64,000 nucleotides of DNA from an uncultured Dyadobacter sp. (GTDB lineage: Bacteria > Bacteroidota > Bacteroidia > Cytophagales > Spirosomataceae). Shown one piece after another: positions 38,969 to 49,170 of this stretch; position 1 is the stretch's first letter; the number at the start of each line of letters is the position of its first letter. The translations under genes and the position numbers were made by a program. Under the pieces are notes generated by a model, which saw nothing but the letters and a program-made list of their open reading frames with translations, did no database searches and was not told where the DNA came from. Location of the stretch: the NCBI GenBank assembly GCA_965649915.1, contig CBFGMV010000026.1, positions 14,962-78,961 of the forward strand, read 5' to 3'.

Positions 38969-39565
38969 TTAAACTCCTTCTGCAACCACCTCTTTGACAT
39001 CCGGCACCATCCGCGTGAGCAGATTCTCGATGCCTGCTTTGAGTGTCAGTGTGGAAGAGGGACATCCGCTACACGAGCCTTGCAACAATACCTTCACGAC
39101 TCCCGATTCCTCATTGAAGGAGTGGAAGTTGATTGCGCCTCCATCGGACTCCACCGCGGGACGCACATATTGATCAAGCGCTGCTTTGATTTTCTGAACG
39201 GTATCCGAATCCCGGGAATCTACGATCACCGTGTTCTTTTCAATGGTTTTTTCCTCAAAAACCGGGTGGTTTTCCTCGAAATAGATCTTGATAAACTGCT
39301 TGGTGTCGCGGAGCACTTCTTCCCATGCGATGCCATCGTCTTTGGTGATCGTGACGAAGTTGCTGGCGATGAAGACCCTTTTTACATGTGGAAACTGAAA
39401 AAGATCCGCAGCAAGCGGAGAAGCATTGCCTTCTTCAAGGGCTGACTCCTGTGAAGGGTAGTCAAACGAAAGGCCATCGGGAACAAGTTCGAAATTCAAA
39501 ACGAATTTCATCGAGTTCGGGTTGGGGCTCAATTCGGTATATACAAAAATCGGACGTGACATCAT
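38969..39565 (-). CDS. nfuA: NifU/NfuA-family Fe-S carrier (Nfu N-terminal + NifU C-terminal), ~198 aa
   Basis: ELSPNPNSMKF, VRPAVESDGGAI, LQGSCSGCPSS. Confidence 0.9.
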   Translation of the reverse strand: MMSRPIFVYTELSPNPNSMKFVLNFELVPDGLSFDYPSQESALEEGNASPLAADLFQFPHVKRVFIASNFVTITKDDGIAWEEVLRDTKQFIKIYFEENHPVFEEKTIEKNTVIVDSRDSDTVQKIKAALDQYVRPAVESDGGAINFHSFNEESGVVKVLLQGSCSGCPSSTLTLKAGIENLLTRMVPDVKEVVAEGV

Positions 39566-39648
39566 GTCGGTAGGATCAATAAGATAGGTAAAGTAACTCT
39601 CCAGAATAGCAAACACGTCTATCGTGCTTTTGGTTTGGAGACGGCATT

Positions 39649-39681
39649 AAAAAACCCGCCGGACTATTGCCAGACGGGTTC
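39649..39681 (-). terminator. Probable terminator after rpmA
   Basis: Imperfect AACCCG..CGGGTT stem with an A6 run on +. Confidence 0.55.
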
Positions 39682-39709
39682 TTAATGCTTTTAGCCAGCA
39701 GGCAGTCGC

Positions 39710-39988
39710 TTATGCTTCCGCAGCAACTTCAACCGCGATCGGTTCGATGTGAACGTAAGATCTGTTTTCACGGGTCTTACGGAACACTACGTTACCATCA
39801 ACCAATGCGAACAATGTATGGTCACGGCCGATTCCTACGTTTTTGCCTGGGTTATGCTTGGTTCCACGCTGACGAACCAGGATATTTCCCGCTTTTGCCA
39901 ACTGGCCACCGAATAATTTCACACCAAGACGCTTGCTTTCCGATTCACGTCCGTTTTTCGAGCTACCTACACCTTTCTTATGTGCCAT
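39710..39988 (-). CDS. rpmA: 50S ribosomal protein L27
   Basis: [37 protein letters not shown]. Confidence 0.98.
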   Translation of the reverse strand: MAHKKGVGSSKNGRESESKRLGVKLFGGQLAKAGNILVRQRGTKHNPGKNVGIGRDHTLFALVDGNVVFRKTRENRSYVHIEPIAVEVAAEA

Positions 39989-40048
39989 GATATCTTATAC
40001 TTAAATTGTAATTTCCTGATTAAACTGAATTAGGCTTCCGCCATTGCA

Positions 40049-40360
40049 TTAGGCAACGATCTCGTCGATGCTGATTTTAGTCAGATACTGACGGTGACCA
40101 TTCTTCACGCGGTATCCTTTGCGTCTCTTCTTTTTGAAGACGATCACTTTCTCACCTTTAAGGTGTTCAAGAACAGTTGCTTTAACAGAAGCACCTGCTA
40201 CTGTCGGAAGACCTACCTGTACTGTGCCTCCGTTGTCAACGAGAAGGACTTTGTCAAATACAAGTGCAGCGTTCACGTCACCTTCAAGCCTATGCGTGAA
40301 GATTTCGCGACCCTTTTCAACTTTAAATTGCTGACCTGCGATTTCTACGATTGCGTACAT
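40049..40360 (-). CDS. rplU: 50S ribosomal protein L21
   Basis: [31 protein letters not shown]. Confidence 0.98.
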   Translation of the reverse strand: MYAIVEIAGQQFKVEKGREIFTHRLEGDVNAALVFDKVLLVDNGGTVQVGLPTVAGASVKATVLEHLKGEKVIVFKKKRRKGYRVKNGHRQYLTKISIDEIVA

Positions 40361-40400
40361 GTTAATAAGTTATATTAAACTACATTCAAATTTTGAGGTG

Positions 40401-40431
40401 CAAAGATAATTAGAGAGTTGCAGAATCACAA
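40401..40431 (-). promoter_or_regulatory. Bacteroidota housekeeping promoter of rplU-rpmA
   Basis: TTG-N20-TATCTTTG on the minus strand. Confidence 0.75.
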
Positions 40432-40729
40432 CGCATTAACCTAAATAATCGCTGGTTTTTCGCCTGGTATGACATGCCTGAAAAAAGTAAATGCTCCTGA
40501 AAGGGTTGAAGATCGTGAAGTTGTCATTACATTGACGAGCCAGCAGCACAATAATTAATCGGGCACAAATAGTTAAAGCGGCCGGAAAGGTTACCTTTAT
40601 ACGGTATATAGCCGCATGGGCGTTAGTTGGAAGCACGGGGTATCCGGCTTAACAATCTTTAACAATGCGGTATGTTACTTTTACCTACTATTTGTGTCTG
40701 ACCATAAAATGCTAATCAGTAACACGAAA

Positions 40730-41377
40730 ATGAAAATCTATTTGTGGGTCTCCCTGTTTCTCAGCACAATCCTGAACTTGCCTGCGGGAGCAGGTGAAGC
40801 CGGAGGAGATGACAGTGCCGATCAGGTGCAGGCGGGGTATCAGGTAGGAGATGCAGTAAATAACTTTCGATTGAAAAACACCGACGGAAGCATGGTTTCC
40901 CTCGCGGATTTCGGCAATGTAAAGGGGCTGATCGTGATCTTCACAAGCAACCACTGCCCGTTTGCAAAGGCATATGAGGATCGGATCATCGCGTTGAACG
41001 GTAAATTTTCCGGACAGGGGTTCCCTGTCGTGGCTATTAATCCAAGCGACCCAGGGACACATCAGGATGATACTTTCGAAAAAATGAAGGAGCGGGCTGC
41101 CGCCAAAAGCTACGGCTATTCGTATCTGGCAGACGATACCCAGCAGGTAGCAAAAGCATTCGGCGCCAGCCGGACACCCCAGGCTTATGTCCTGCAAAAA
41201 AACGGCGCAAAGTTCACGGTCCGGTATGTAGGTATGGTCGATGACAACCCGCAGGATCCCGCTGCGGTGAGTAAGTTGTATGTCGATGAGGCTGTATCGA
41301 ACCTGATCGGCGGGAAGCCGGTGGTTACTACGATTACCAAACCGGTGGGGTGCGCCATTAAGTTGAAAAACCAGTAA
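40730..41377 (+). CDS. Secreted thioredoxin-fold protein (AhpC/TSA-like), ~215 aa
   Basis: Signal peptide; FTSNHCPF, YLADDTQ, ASRTPQ, G.VDDN, GCAIK. Confidence 0.85.
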   Translation: MKIYLWVSLFLSTILNLPAGAGEAGGDDSADQVQAGYQVGDAVNNFRLKNTDGSMVSLADFGNVKGLIVIFTSNHCPFAKAYEDRIIALNGKFSGQGFPVVAINPSDPGTHQDDTFEKMKERAAAKSYGYSYLADDTQQVAKAFGASRTPQAYVLQKNGAKFTVRYVGMVDDNPQDPAAVSKLYVDEAVSNLIGGKPVVTTITKPVGCAIKLKNQ

Positions 41378-41398
41378 TGTATCTCAATATTTGATTTC

Positions 41399-42310
41399 AT
41401 GGATAAAAAACTAACGCTCCTCCTGTCAGTTTTTCTGCTATCAACCGGTTTTACATACGCCCAGACCAAAAGCAAGAAATTTTCGAATGAAGGCGAATTT
41501 ACCAGCAATTGCGAAGGGCCGGCAGTAGACGAAGATGGTAACGTGTATGCAGTGAATTTTGCGCGGGATGGTACGATTGCGCAATTGAGCAGGAAGGGGA
41601 ATGCGAGTTTTTTTGTGACACTGCCCAAAGGCAGCACCGGCAACGGGATCCGGTTTGTAGATAAGAATACCTTCTACGTGGCTGATTTTACCGGACACAA
41701 CATCCTGAAAGTGGATATGATCACCAAGGATGTGTCGGTTTTTGCCAACGAGCCTAAAATGAACCAGCCTAATGACCTGGCGGTGACGGCGAAAGGACAC
41801 ATTTTCTGTTCCGATCCGAACTGGAAAGACGGTACCGGACAAATCTGGCATGTTACACCGGAAGGAAAGGTGAGCCTGGCGGCCGGCAACATGGGGACGA
41901 CCAACGGGATCGATGTGAGCCCGGATGAAAAGAAATTGTATGTCAATGAAAGCGTTCAGCGCAACGTGTGGGCCTTCGACCTGGCGGCGGACGGTACGCT
42001 GTCGAACAAAAAACTCCTGCACCATTTCGAAGACGGCGGTATGGACGGAATGCGCTGCGACGTGCATGGAAATCTTTATATTACCCGCCATGGGAAGGGG
42101 GAGGTAGCCGTGCTTTCGCCCGAAGGGAAAGTGATCCATACCATTCGTACAATCGGGAAAAAGGTATCCAACATCTGTTTTGGAGGCCGCAACGGGAAAA
42201 CCTGCTACGTGACGTTACAGGACCGCGGTTGTCTGGAGACTTTCAAGGCGCATGCTGCCGGACGGGAATGGGCGATGATGAAGGCCTTCTCGGCGAATAA
42301 TAAAAAGTAA
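41399..42310 (+). CDS. SMP-30/gluconolactonase family protein, 303 aa
   Basis: CEGP, QPNDL, TNGIDVSPD, MDGMRCD..GNLY, SNICFGG. Confidence 0.92.
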   Translation: MDKKLTLLLSVFLLSTGFTYAQTKSKKFSNEGEFTSNCEGPAVDEDGNVYAVNFARDGTIAQLSRKGNASFFVTLPKGSTGNGIRFVDKNTFYVADFTGHNILKVDMITKDVSVFANEPKMNQPNDLAVTAKGHIFCSDPNWKDGTGQIWHVTPEGKVSLAAGNMGTTNGIDVSPDEKKLYVNESVQRNVWAFDLAADGTLSNKKLLHHFEDGGMDGMRCDVHGNLYITRHGKGEVAVLSPEGKVIHTIRTIGKKVSNICFGGRNGKTCYVTLQDRGCLETFKAHAAGREWAMMKAFSANNKK

Positions 42311-42360
42311 TCAGCTTCCACAAATGTGCAGCTCCTGTTGCAGGATATTATTCGTGTATG

Positions 42361-42384
42361 TAACTTTGCAATTCAAAGTACTTT
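42361..42384 (+). promoter_or_regulatory. -7 promoter element overlapped by an inverted-repeat operator
   Basis: TAACTTTG (42361-68); ACTTTG-CAATT-CAAAGT (42363-79) and AAAGTACTTT (42375-84). Confidence 0.6.
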
Positions 42385-42397
42385 AATTATCAAAATA

Positions 42398-43078
42398 ATG
42401 CTGAGAAAACTGATCGACTATCTTGAAAGTAACCTCAAAGTCGCACTCCTTGCATTTGTATCCGTTGCCGCCATGACATTACTATCGGTGCGGATCGCGT
42501 TGGAAAGCTGGCATTTCATCTTTTTGGCATGGAATCTCTTTCTGGCCTGGATACCGTTGCTATTCATCAAATGGGTATGGGAAAGGGAAAGTAAGCAAAG
42601 TGCGCCATTCTGGTTGCTGATGGTTTATCTGTCGGTATGGCTGTTGTTTTTCCCGAATGCGCCCTATATCATCACCGACCTGAAACATTTGCGGAGCGTG
42701 CCTGAAAACATGATCTGGTACGACGCATTGATGATCTTCACATTCTCTTTGGCCGGCTTTCTGACAGGATTGTACAGTATCCGCATCGTTCACCGCATTA
42801 TCACGCATCGCTGGAACGGACGGCTTGCCTGGCTCGCTATCACAGGTGCTATGATTATGAGCGGTTTCGGCGTTTTTCTGGGCCGTTACGGACGCTGGAA
42901 CAGCTGGGATATCGTAACGCAACCCGGCGCGCTGGCGAAGGGCATTTATCATAGCCTTCAGGATCCGCTTGCGATCAAACACACCCTCACGTTTTCGTTC
43001 GTGCTGATGTTGTTGTACTTTGCGTTCCATATTTTTGCCGAACTCAAACAAAATGAACGGACCCATCGATATTCTTAA
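42398..43078 (+). CDS. DUF1361 membrane protein, 226 aa
   Basis: FLAWNLFLAWIP, WLLFFPNAPYIITD..HL, GRYGRWNSWD. Confidence 0.9.
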   Translation: MLRKLIDYLESNLKVALLAFVSVAAMTLLSVRIALESWHFIFLAWNLFLAWIPLLFIKWVWERESKQSAPFWLLMVYLSVWLLFFPNAPYIITDLKHLRSVPENMIWYDALMIFTFSLAGFLTGLYSIRIVHRIITHRWNGRLAWLAITGAMIMSGFGVFLGRYGRWNSWDIVTQPGALAKGIYHSLQDPLAIKHTLTFSFVLMLLYFAFHIFAELKQNERTHRYS

Positions 43079-43427
43079 AGCTATCCGAAGCTTCCGTTAC
43101 GCAGGGGCGGGGATTTACAGCCTGTTCCGATACGAAAACAATGCGCGTATCCACCTGATGGCCTGTATAGTCGTTGTAATTGCTGGTGTTTTCTTTCAGA
43201 TCTCCGGCACGGAGTGGTGCCTGATCATTATCCAGATCGGACTGGTTTGGGCGGCGGAAGCATTCAATACCGCGATTGAGAAGCTGGCAGACCTTGTTTC
43301 GGCTGATTATCATCCGGTCATCAAGGTGGTGAAGGACACGGCAGCGGCGGGGGTGCTGTTGCTGGCTGTCTCGGCTGTTATCGTCGGCGGAATTGTCTTT
43401 GTTCCTAAACTAATGCTTCTTTTCTAA
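43053..43427 (+). CDS. dgkA: Prokaryotic diacylglycerol/undecaprenol kinase family protein, 124 aa
   Basis: SFRYA..GI, E.NARIH, EAFNTAIEKLAD, KDTAAAGV. Confidence 0.9.
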   Translation: MNGPIDILKAIRSFRYAGAGIYSLFRYENNARIHLMACIVVVIAGVFFQISGTEWCLIIIQIGLVWAAEAFNTAIEKLADLVSADYHPVIKVVKDTAAAGVLLLAVSAVIVGGIVFVPKLMLLF

Positions 43428-43476
43428 ACACCTATTCAGTGGATACTGATCTGATATTTACAATTTCAATTAGCTC

Positions 43477-44592
43477 ATGAACCCGAAACAGGATTCTCTG
43501 CACACCTTGAACGAAATCCGCGACCTGATGGAGCGGTCGTCTAAATTTCTTTCACTCAGCGGGTTAAGTGGCGTGTTTGCGGGTGTTTTCGCATTGATCG
43601 GCGCCGCTCTGGCCTATGTTCGGTTCAAAACCGACTGGCTCGCCGACATTTTGATGCCGTTCGGCAGCTATCACGGACATTCCCGTACAGAAGTGATCCG
43701 TTTTTTGCTGGTCGATGGGATTTGCGTGCTGGTTGTTTCACTTGCCGTTGGAATTATCCTGACAGTGAGAAAGGGCCGCAAAAAGGGGCTGACGCTTTGG
43801 AATGGGAGCTCAAAGCGATTGCTTATCAGTATGTTGATCCCGCTGGCGACAGGAGGCATATTTTGTCTGGCTATGTTGCATTACGGATTCATATGGCTCG
43901 TGTTTCCGGTGACGCTGCTCTTTTATGGCATTGCGCTCGTGAATGCAAGCCGATTTACTTATCCGGAGGTTTTTTATATGGGTATCTCCGAGATTGCCAT
44001 TGGTTGCATTGCCCTTTTTCTGACCGGTTACGCGCTGTTGTTTTGGGCAATCGGATTTGGCGTCCTGCATATCGTTTACGGGCTTACCATGTATAACCGG
44101 TATGAGCGGGATAAGCTGGCTTCGGGTAAGCCGGGTGTGAAAAGCATGCTCGCGCTGACCCTCATATGCTCGGCATTGTCGGCTCATGCTCAGCAGGTAC
44201 CAGCCGACAGTACGGCAGGCAGAGCAAGAAAATGGTACGATAAAGAGACCATTTATTTAAGGAATGGGAATAGTTTTGTCAAAAATAATGTCCTTTACAC
44301 GGGTCAGAGGGCATTGCGGAAGGAATTTATCATTTCCCCGGAAGGACTCGGCCTTTATTTACAGTCAAGAAGGACGCGTAGCATTAGTCTCGTAATATCG
44401 ATCGCAGGCTCTGCGGGCTCGGTGATATCGTTGCTGACAGGGAACCGGGATAATCTGAAGACTTTTTTCTGGATTTCGGTGGGTACCGGCGTTGTGGCGT
44501 CGGCTCTGACCATGCAGGCTAACAATCAGCGTGACCGGGCTGTGTGGCTCCGTAATCGCGATGCTATGCTTTTTCTGGAAGCAAATCAATAA
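43477..44592 (+). CDS. Membrane protein (about 6 TM) fused to a second signal-peptide-like domain, 371 aa
   Basis: N-terminal IRDLMERSSKFLSLSGLSG..FYG.AL..AS..GFG.LHI.YG..MY family pattern; in-frame ATG at 44146 begins MLALTLICSALSAHAQ. Confidence 0.75.
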   Translation: MNPKQDSLHTLNEIRDLMERSSKFLSLSGLSGVFAGVFALIGAALAYVRFKTDWLADILMPFGSYHGHSRTEVIRFLLVDGICVLVVSLAVGIILTVRKGRKKGLTLWNGSSKRLLISMLIPLATGGIFCLAMLHYGFIWLVFPVTLLFYGIALVNASRFTYPEVFYMGISEIAIGCIALFLTGYALLFWAIGFGVLHIVYGLTMYNRYERDKLASGKPGVKSMLALTLICSALSAHAQQVPADSTAGRARKWYDKETIYLRNGNSFVKNNVLYTGQRALRKEFIISPEGLGLYLQSRRTRSISLVISIAGSAGSVISLLTGNRDNLKTFFWISVGTGVVASALTMQANNQRDRAVWLRNRDAMLFLEANQ

Positions 44593-44637
44593 AACGGGGC
44601 GTCCGTCGAGCGACGTCCGCGTAACAGGGAACCTGTA

Positions 44638-44934
44638 ATGGAGTGGTTAGAAAAGTTTAATAAAGTATTTGAAAGCAAGATCAGGCTTGGGCTTATGTCC
44701 GTGCTCGTGGTGAACGATTCCCTCAGTTTTAATGAATTGAAGGAATTGCTGCAACTCACGGACGGTAACCTGGCGTCGCATTTGAAAGCATTGGAGGAAA
44801 TCAAATACGTGGAGTTTCAGAAACAGTTTCTGGGAAGAAAGCCATTGACGATCTACAAAGCCACCGACGAAGGGCATAAAGCATTTACCGAGCATTTACA
44901 GGTGCTGGAAAATATGATCCGGCAGAATTTGTAG
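44638..44934 (+). CDS. Winged-helix transcriptional regulator (HTH_34/ArsR-like), 98 aa
   Basis: FESKIRLGLMSVL, L.LTDGNLASHLKALE, K.F.GRKP.T.Y..T..G..AF..HL. Confidence 0.9.
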   Translation: MEWLEKFNKVFESKIRLGLMSVLVVNDSLSFNELKELLQLTDGNLASHLKALEEIKYVEFQKQFLGRKPLTIYKATDEGHKAFTEHLQVLENMIRQNL

Positions 44935-44959
44935 CGGGAGGAAAGGAAGGAGGGAAAGG

Positions 44960-44997
44960 AAAAGGGAGGCACTGCTGAGATAGCGGCCTCCCTTTTT
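44960..44997. terminator. Bidirectional terminator
   Basis: AAAAGGGAGGC / GCCTCCCTTTT stem between convergent genes. Confidence 0.8.
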
Positions 44998-45011
44998 CAT
45001 TTCTAATCAAA

Positions 45012-45512
45012 TCAGAACTTCACAGGAACTGAGAAGCCTGCTTTATCCCATTGAAAATCAAGAGAAGTATCTTTCACGTTGAAAGTCAGTTTTTCTTCGG
45101 ATGCAGGATAGTTCTTGTTTGGAACTTTCACTTCGAGTACATTTTTCGCTTTGTTCTCTTCATATTGATACGCGCCCATCTGGCCAAGAACGCTGTTCAG
45201 GATGAGGGTCCATTCTTTTTCGTTAGGAATTGCAAAAAGAGAGTAGGTTCCTGCCTTAACTGCTTTGCCTCCGAAAGTTGCGTCTTTCTTGAAAGTGATC
45301 TCCGTGGATCCATTTGCGCCGATTCGCCATACTTTCCCATAGGCTTCGAGGCTTCCGCTTCCCTCTTTACCAAATAGCACGCGACCTTTCTTGGAGGGTT
45401 GCCCGTAAGCGATGCTCATGTTTTTGCCGTCGGCAGTAACGCGCGGGCTTTGTGCGGATGCCCAGGTAAATGCGATCAGGGTAAGGAAAAGCGATAACAA
45501 TGTGGTTTTCAT
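45012..45512 (-). CDS. DUF2911 family protein, 166 aa
   Basis: Signal peptide; YGQPSKKGR, YGKVWRIGAN, GTYSLFAIP, WTLILN. Confidence 0.9.
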   Translation of the reverse strand: MKTTLLSLFLTLIAFTWASAQSPRVTADGKNMSIAYGQPSKKGRVLFGKEGSGSLEAYGKVWRIGANGSTEITFKKDATFGGKAVKAGTYSLFAIPNEKEWTLILNSVLGQMGAYQYEENKAKNVLEVKVPNKNYPASEEKLTFNVKDTSLDFQWDKAGFSVPVKF

Positions 45513-45701
45513 AAACTGAGTAGAATTTAGTAATTGATTGGTGGTTACGAATAGATTTTAAAAGCAACGAAATAAGGCATTCCAAAGTTGTGAATCAAGC
45601 AACTTGTAGCCGAACGGCGCCGAATAGCTACTCCGTTAACAGAGATTAACATTTGACAGGGTAAATCGGTGGATTTGACGATTTCAGTTTATATTTGAAT
45701 A

Positions 45702-47822
45702 ATGACTTCTGAAACAAACCCATCCGTTAGAACCCGTTTTTTCGACACCAAGATCGAATTCCTGAAAGGTGTAGGGCCTCAAAAAGCCGCATTGCTCAAC
45801 CAGGAGCTCAATATTTTCACATTCGGCGACCTGATCCAGCATTATCCGTTCCGGCATGAGGACCGCACTGTTTTTTACAGGATCGATAAGCTGACAGAGG
45901 AGCTTTCCGGGGCCCAGATCAAAGGGCGACTGACGGAATTCAAATTGGTTGGAGAGGGCAGTAAAAAAAGACTGGTGGGGCAGTTTCAGGATGGAACCGG
46001 CTCGCTTGAACTCGTTTGGTTTCAAAGCATTACCTGGTATGAGAAATGGTTGAAACCCGGCGGGGAATATGTCGTTTACGGAAAGCCGGTGCCATTCGGC
46101 GGAAAATGGAGCATTACCCATCCTGAAATAGAAGTATTGACGCAGGAAAATGGGAGCGGCGGCTACTGGCAGCCTGTTTACCCGCTCACCGAAAAGCTCC
46201 GCAAGAAATTCCTCGACAGCAAGGCGATCAGCAAAATGATCCGCAGCCTGCTCGAAATCTCCCGGGCGCACATCCGCGAGACGTTACCCGAAACGCTTGT
46301 TCAGAAATACCGGCTGGTCTCCAAAGCCGATGCATTGTGGTACTTCCACCTGCCGCCCAATCATCAATGGCTGCATCAGGCGCAGAGACGGTTGAAATTC
46401 GAAGAACTGTTCTACAACCAGTTCCGGCTTATCAAGAACAAGCTGCTCCATAAGACGGAGTATCCGGGGATGGTTTTCGATAAGGCGGCATTGGTGAAGG
46501 AGTTTTATGACCAGTACCTGCCATTCCAGCTTACCGGTGCGCAGATCCGTGTTTTGCACGAAATTCACGAAGACCTGAAAACCGGCAAGCAAATGAACCG
46601 GCTCCTGCAAGGTGATGTAGGTTCGGGCAAAACGATTGTGGCCTTCATCACCATGCTTTTTGCATTGGATAACGATGCGCAGGCGTGCCTCATGGCGCCC
46701 ACCGAAATTCTCACCGACCAGCATTACCAGGGGCTCAAAAAGTTTGCGGATCTGCTAGGTGTCAATATTGCCAAGCTCACCGGATCGACCAAAAAGAAGG
46801 AGCGGGACGTCATTCACCGGGAGCTTTTGAACGGGACATTGCATATCATCGTCGGCACACACGCCTTGATAGAGGATCCGGTGCAGTTCAAAAACCTGGG
46901 ACTATGTATCATCGATGAGCAGCACCGTTTCGGGGTTGCCCAGCGTGCAAAGCTCTGGGCCAAAAACACCCGCATTAACCCGCACATGCTCGTGATGACC
47001 GCCACGCCGATCCCGAGGACACTGGCTATGACGTTGTACGGCGATCTGGACATTTCCGCGATCAATGAGCTTCCGGCAGGACGGAAACCGATCAAAACGG
47101 TACATCGCTACGATGCCCACAGGGCGTCGGTGTTCGGCTTTTTAAAAGACGAAATTGCCAAAGGCAGGCAGGTATATATGGTTTATCCGCTGATTGAGGA
47201 GTCTGAAAAAATGGATTTGAAAGACCTGATGGACGGCTATGAAAGTGTTGCCCGCTCTTTTCCGGGTGTGCCACTGAGCATTGTGCATGGTAAAATGCGG
47301 TCGCAGGACAAGGATTTTGAAATGGGGCGCTTCGTCAGGGGCGAAACCAAGATTATGGTCGCGACGACGGTCATTGAGGTAGGCGTAAATGTCCCTAATG
47401 CGTCGGTGATGGTGATTGAGAACGCCGAGCGCTTCGGATTGTCGCAGCTACACCAGCTAAGGGGAAGGGTGGGCCGGGGAGCCGAGCAGTCGTACTGTAT
47501 CCTGATGACCGACTATAAACTCAGCAACGATACCAAGCTGAGGATCGAAACCATGTGCCGTACCAACGACGGTTTTGAAATTGCGGAGGTAGACTTGCAA
47601 TTGAGAGGCCCGGGAGACATTTCGGGCACGCAGCAGAGCGGTTTGGTTGATTTGCTGGTCGCTAACCTCGCGCAGGACGGCGAAATCCTGAAAGCGGCGA
47701 GAAATTCCGCAGAGGATATCCTGACCGCAGATCCTGATCTGCTCCAGCCGGTTCATCAACCCATACGACAGCATCTCGAAAATCTGCGTAAGGAGGAAAC
47801 CAACTGGAGTCGGATCAGTTAA
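45702..47822 (+). CDS. recG: ATP-dependent DNA helicase RecG
   Basis: LQGDVGSGKT, IDEQHRFG, TATPIPRT, QLHQLRGRVGRG, DL.LRGPG. Confidence 0.97.
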   Translation: MTSETNPSVRTRFFDTKIEFLKGVGPQKAALLNQELNIFTFGDLIQHYPFRHEDRTVFYRIDKLTEELSGAQIKGRLTEFKLVGEGSKKRLVGQFQDGTGSLELVWFQSITWYEKWLKPGGEYVVYGKPVPFGGKWSITHPEIEVLTQENGSGGYWQPVYPLTEKLRKKFLDSKAISKMIRSLLEISRAHIRETLPETLVQKYRLVSKADALWYFHLPPNHQWLHQAQRRLKFEELFYNQFRLIKNKLLHKTEYPGMVFDKAALVKEFYDQYLPFQLTGAQIRVLHEIHEDLKTGKQMNRLLQGDVGSGKTIVAFITMLFALDNDAQACLMAPTEILTDQHYQGLKKFADLLGVNIAKLTGSTKKKERDVIHRELLNGTLHIIVGTHALIEDPVQFKNLGLCIIDEQHRFGVAQRAKLWAKNTRINPHMLVMTATPIPRTLAMTLYGDLDISAINELPAGRKPIKTVHRYDAHRASVFGFLKDEIAKGRQVYMVYPLIEESEKMDLKDLMDGYESVARSFPGVPLSIVHGKMRSQDKDFEMGRFVRGETKIMVATTVIEVGVNVPNASVMVIENAERFGLSQLHQLRGRVGRGAEQSYCILMTDYKLSNDTKLRIETMCRTNDGFEIAEVDLQLRGPGDISGTQQSGLVDLLVANLAQDGEILKAARNSAEDILTADPDLLQPVHQPIRQHLENLRKEETNWSRIS

Positions 47823-47826
47823 CCAT

Positions 47827-49170
47827 TCAGGGTTTTATTTCATAAATTTCGTTGGAGAACTCGAATGTTTGCGGGCGCGTAACGTGCAATGCGGCACCCA
47901 GTGAAGTTGCATACGGCAGATCCGTTGCATACACCTTGTGGTTTGGATAATGGCGCGCCAGGATTCGGGTGAAGATCTCGTTCCGGGCAAAACCACCGTC
48001 CACATAAATCGCGTGTACATCATTGACGTTGACCAGGTTCAGGGAGACGAAAAGCAACTCGCTCAATCCTTTGATCAAATGATGGTAAGCCGCTTCCGCC
48101 GAAGAGAAAGCGCTGATCTGCCATTCCTGGGTATTCGGTTCAGGGAAAGGACCATTTCCGGTCATGCATGCGGTATAGAACTTGGGCGTATCCGCTTTCA
48201 GTATTTCTTCATCAAACGCGACGCTTTTGTAGAAATCAGGCGCAATATTGAAATACTCCACAATACGTGCTACCTGATAATCATGCTCACGGCCCATAAA
48301 CAGCCGGGATGCCGTCACCCCGCTGCCTTCTGGTGTAAGGTAGTTCATGCAATCACGTTCCAGCTGGTAGGAAGTGAGCGGCTTGGAAGCGAATGAGTTG
48401 AAATTGATACACCAGGTGCCCGTCGAGAGCAGTACAAAAGGCTTTTTCACGGCCATCCGGTAAGGAATCAATGCAGATGAGCTATCGTGCAAACCGAAAC
48501 CGGATTGGATGCCTTTATCGCCATGACGGTAGATGAACGACGACGAGGCCAGTACCGGGGCTAGTTTTTTATGAATGCCCTCCTGTTTTACCCATTCATG
48601 GTAATCCCACATCTCGAAGCTCCACAAACCTGTGTGGCAGCCTAGTGAAGTATAGTCGCTTACCTTGCGGCCCGTGAGCAGGTACAGGATGTATTGGGGC
48701 AGGTGTAATGTCGTGGCGATCTGGTTGTAAATCTCCGGCCTTTTGTATTTAAGCCAGTACAGCTGCATTCCCGAATTGAGCATACCCATGGCGGGAGAGC
48801 CGGTCTGCAATGAAATACGCGTCGGGTCGCCGTAAGTACTGTAAAATTGCTTTAAAAGATCTTCCGGGAAAGGTTTCAGGTAGGAGTAAAGCGGGGTAAG
48901 CGGGCGGTTGGAAGCGTCCAGATGCACGAGACTGGCACCGTAGCCAGCTACATTCACAGCCTTGATATCGTATTTGGGATCGGCCAACAGCGCTGCCCAG
49001 TGATCTTGCACCCATTTGGTCAACAATTCACAGTTTTCAGTAGGAAAGCCGTCTTCGTCAACTGTTTCTGGGAGGGATTCTGAAAATTCGTGAACGATAT
49101 TATACTTTTCGTCAAAAAGTACATACTTCTTATTGGTCCTGCCAATATCAAAAACCGCTGTTACTTTCAT
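47827..49170 (-). CDS. FGGY-family carbohydrate kinase, 447 aa
   Basis: VFDIGRTNKK, GLHDSSSAL, LSTGTW, VDGGF..N. Confidence 0.88.
   Translation of the reverse strand: MKVTAVFDIGRTNKKYVLFDEKYNIVHEFSESLPETVDEDGFPTENCELLTKWVQDHWAALLADPKYDIKAVNVAGYGASLVHLDASNRPLTPLYSYLKPFPEDLLKQFYSTYGDPTRISLQTGSPAMGMLNSGMQLYWLKYKRPEIYNQIATTLHLPQYILYLLTGRKVSDYTSLGCHTGLWSFEMWDYHEWVKQEGIHKKLAPVLASSSFIYRHGDKGIQSGFGLHDSSSALIPYRMAVKKPFVLLSTGTWCINFNSFASKPLTSYQLERDCMNYLTPEGSGVTASRLFMGREHDYQVARIVEYFNIAPDFYKSVAFDEEILKADTPKFYTACMTGNGPFPEPNTQEWQISAFSSAEAAYHHLIKGLSELLFVSLNLVNVNDVHAIYVDGGFARNEIFTRILARHYPNHKVYATDLPYATSLGAALHVTRPQTFEFSNEIYEIKP

Noticed and set aside
44936-44969. Polypurine tract (and polypyrimidine tract at 8941-8973)
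   Set aside because: Short low-complexity runs at gene ends; one merges into a terminator; no further structure.
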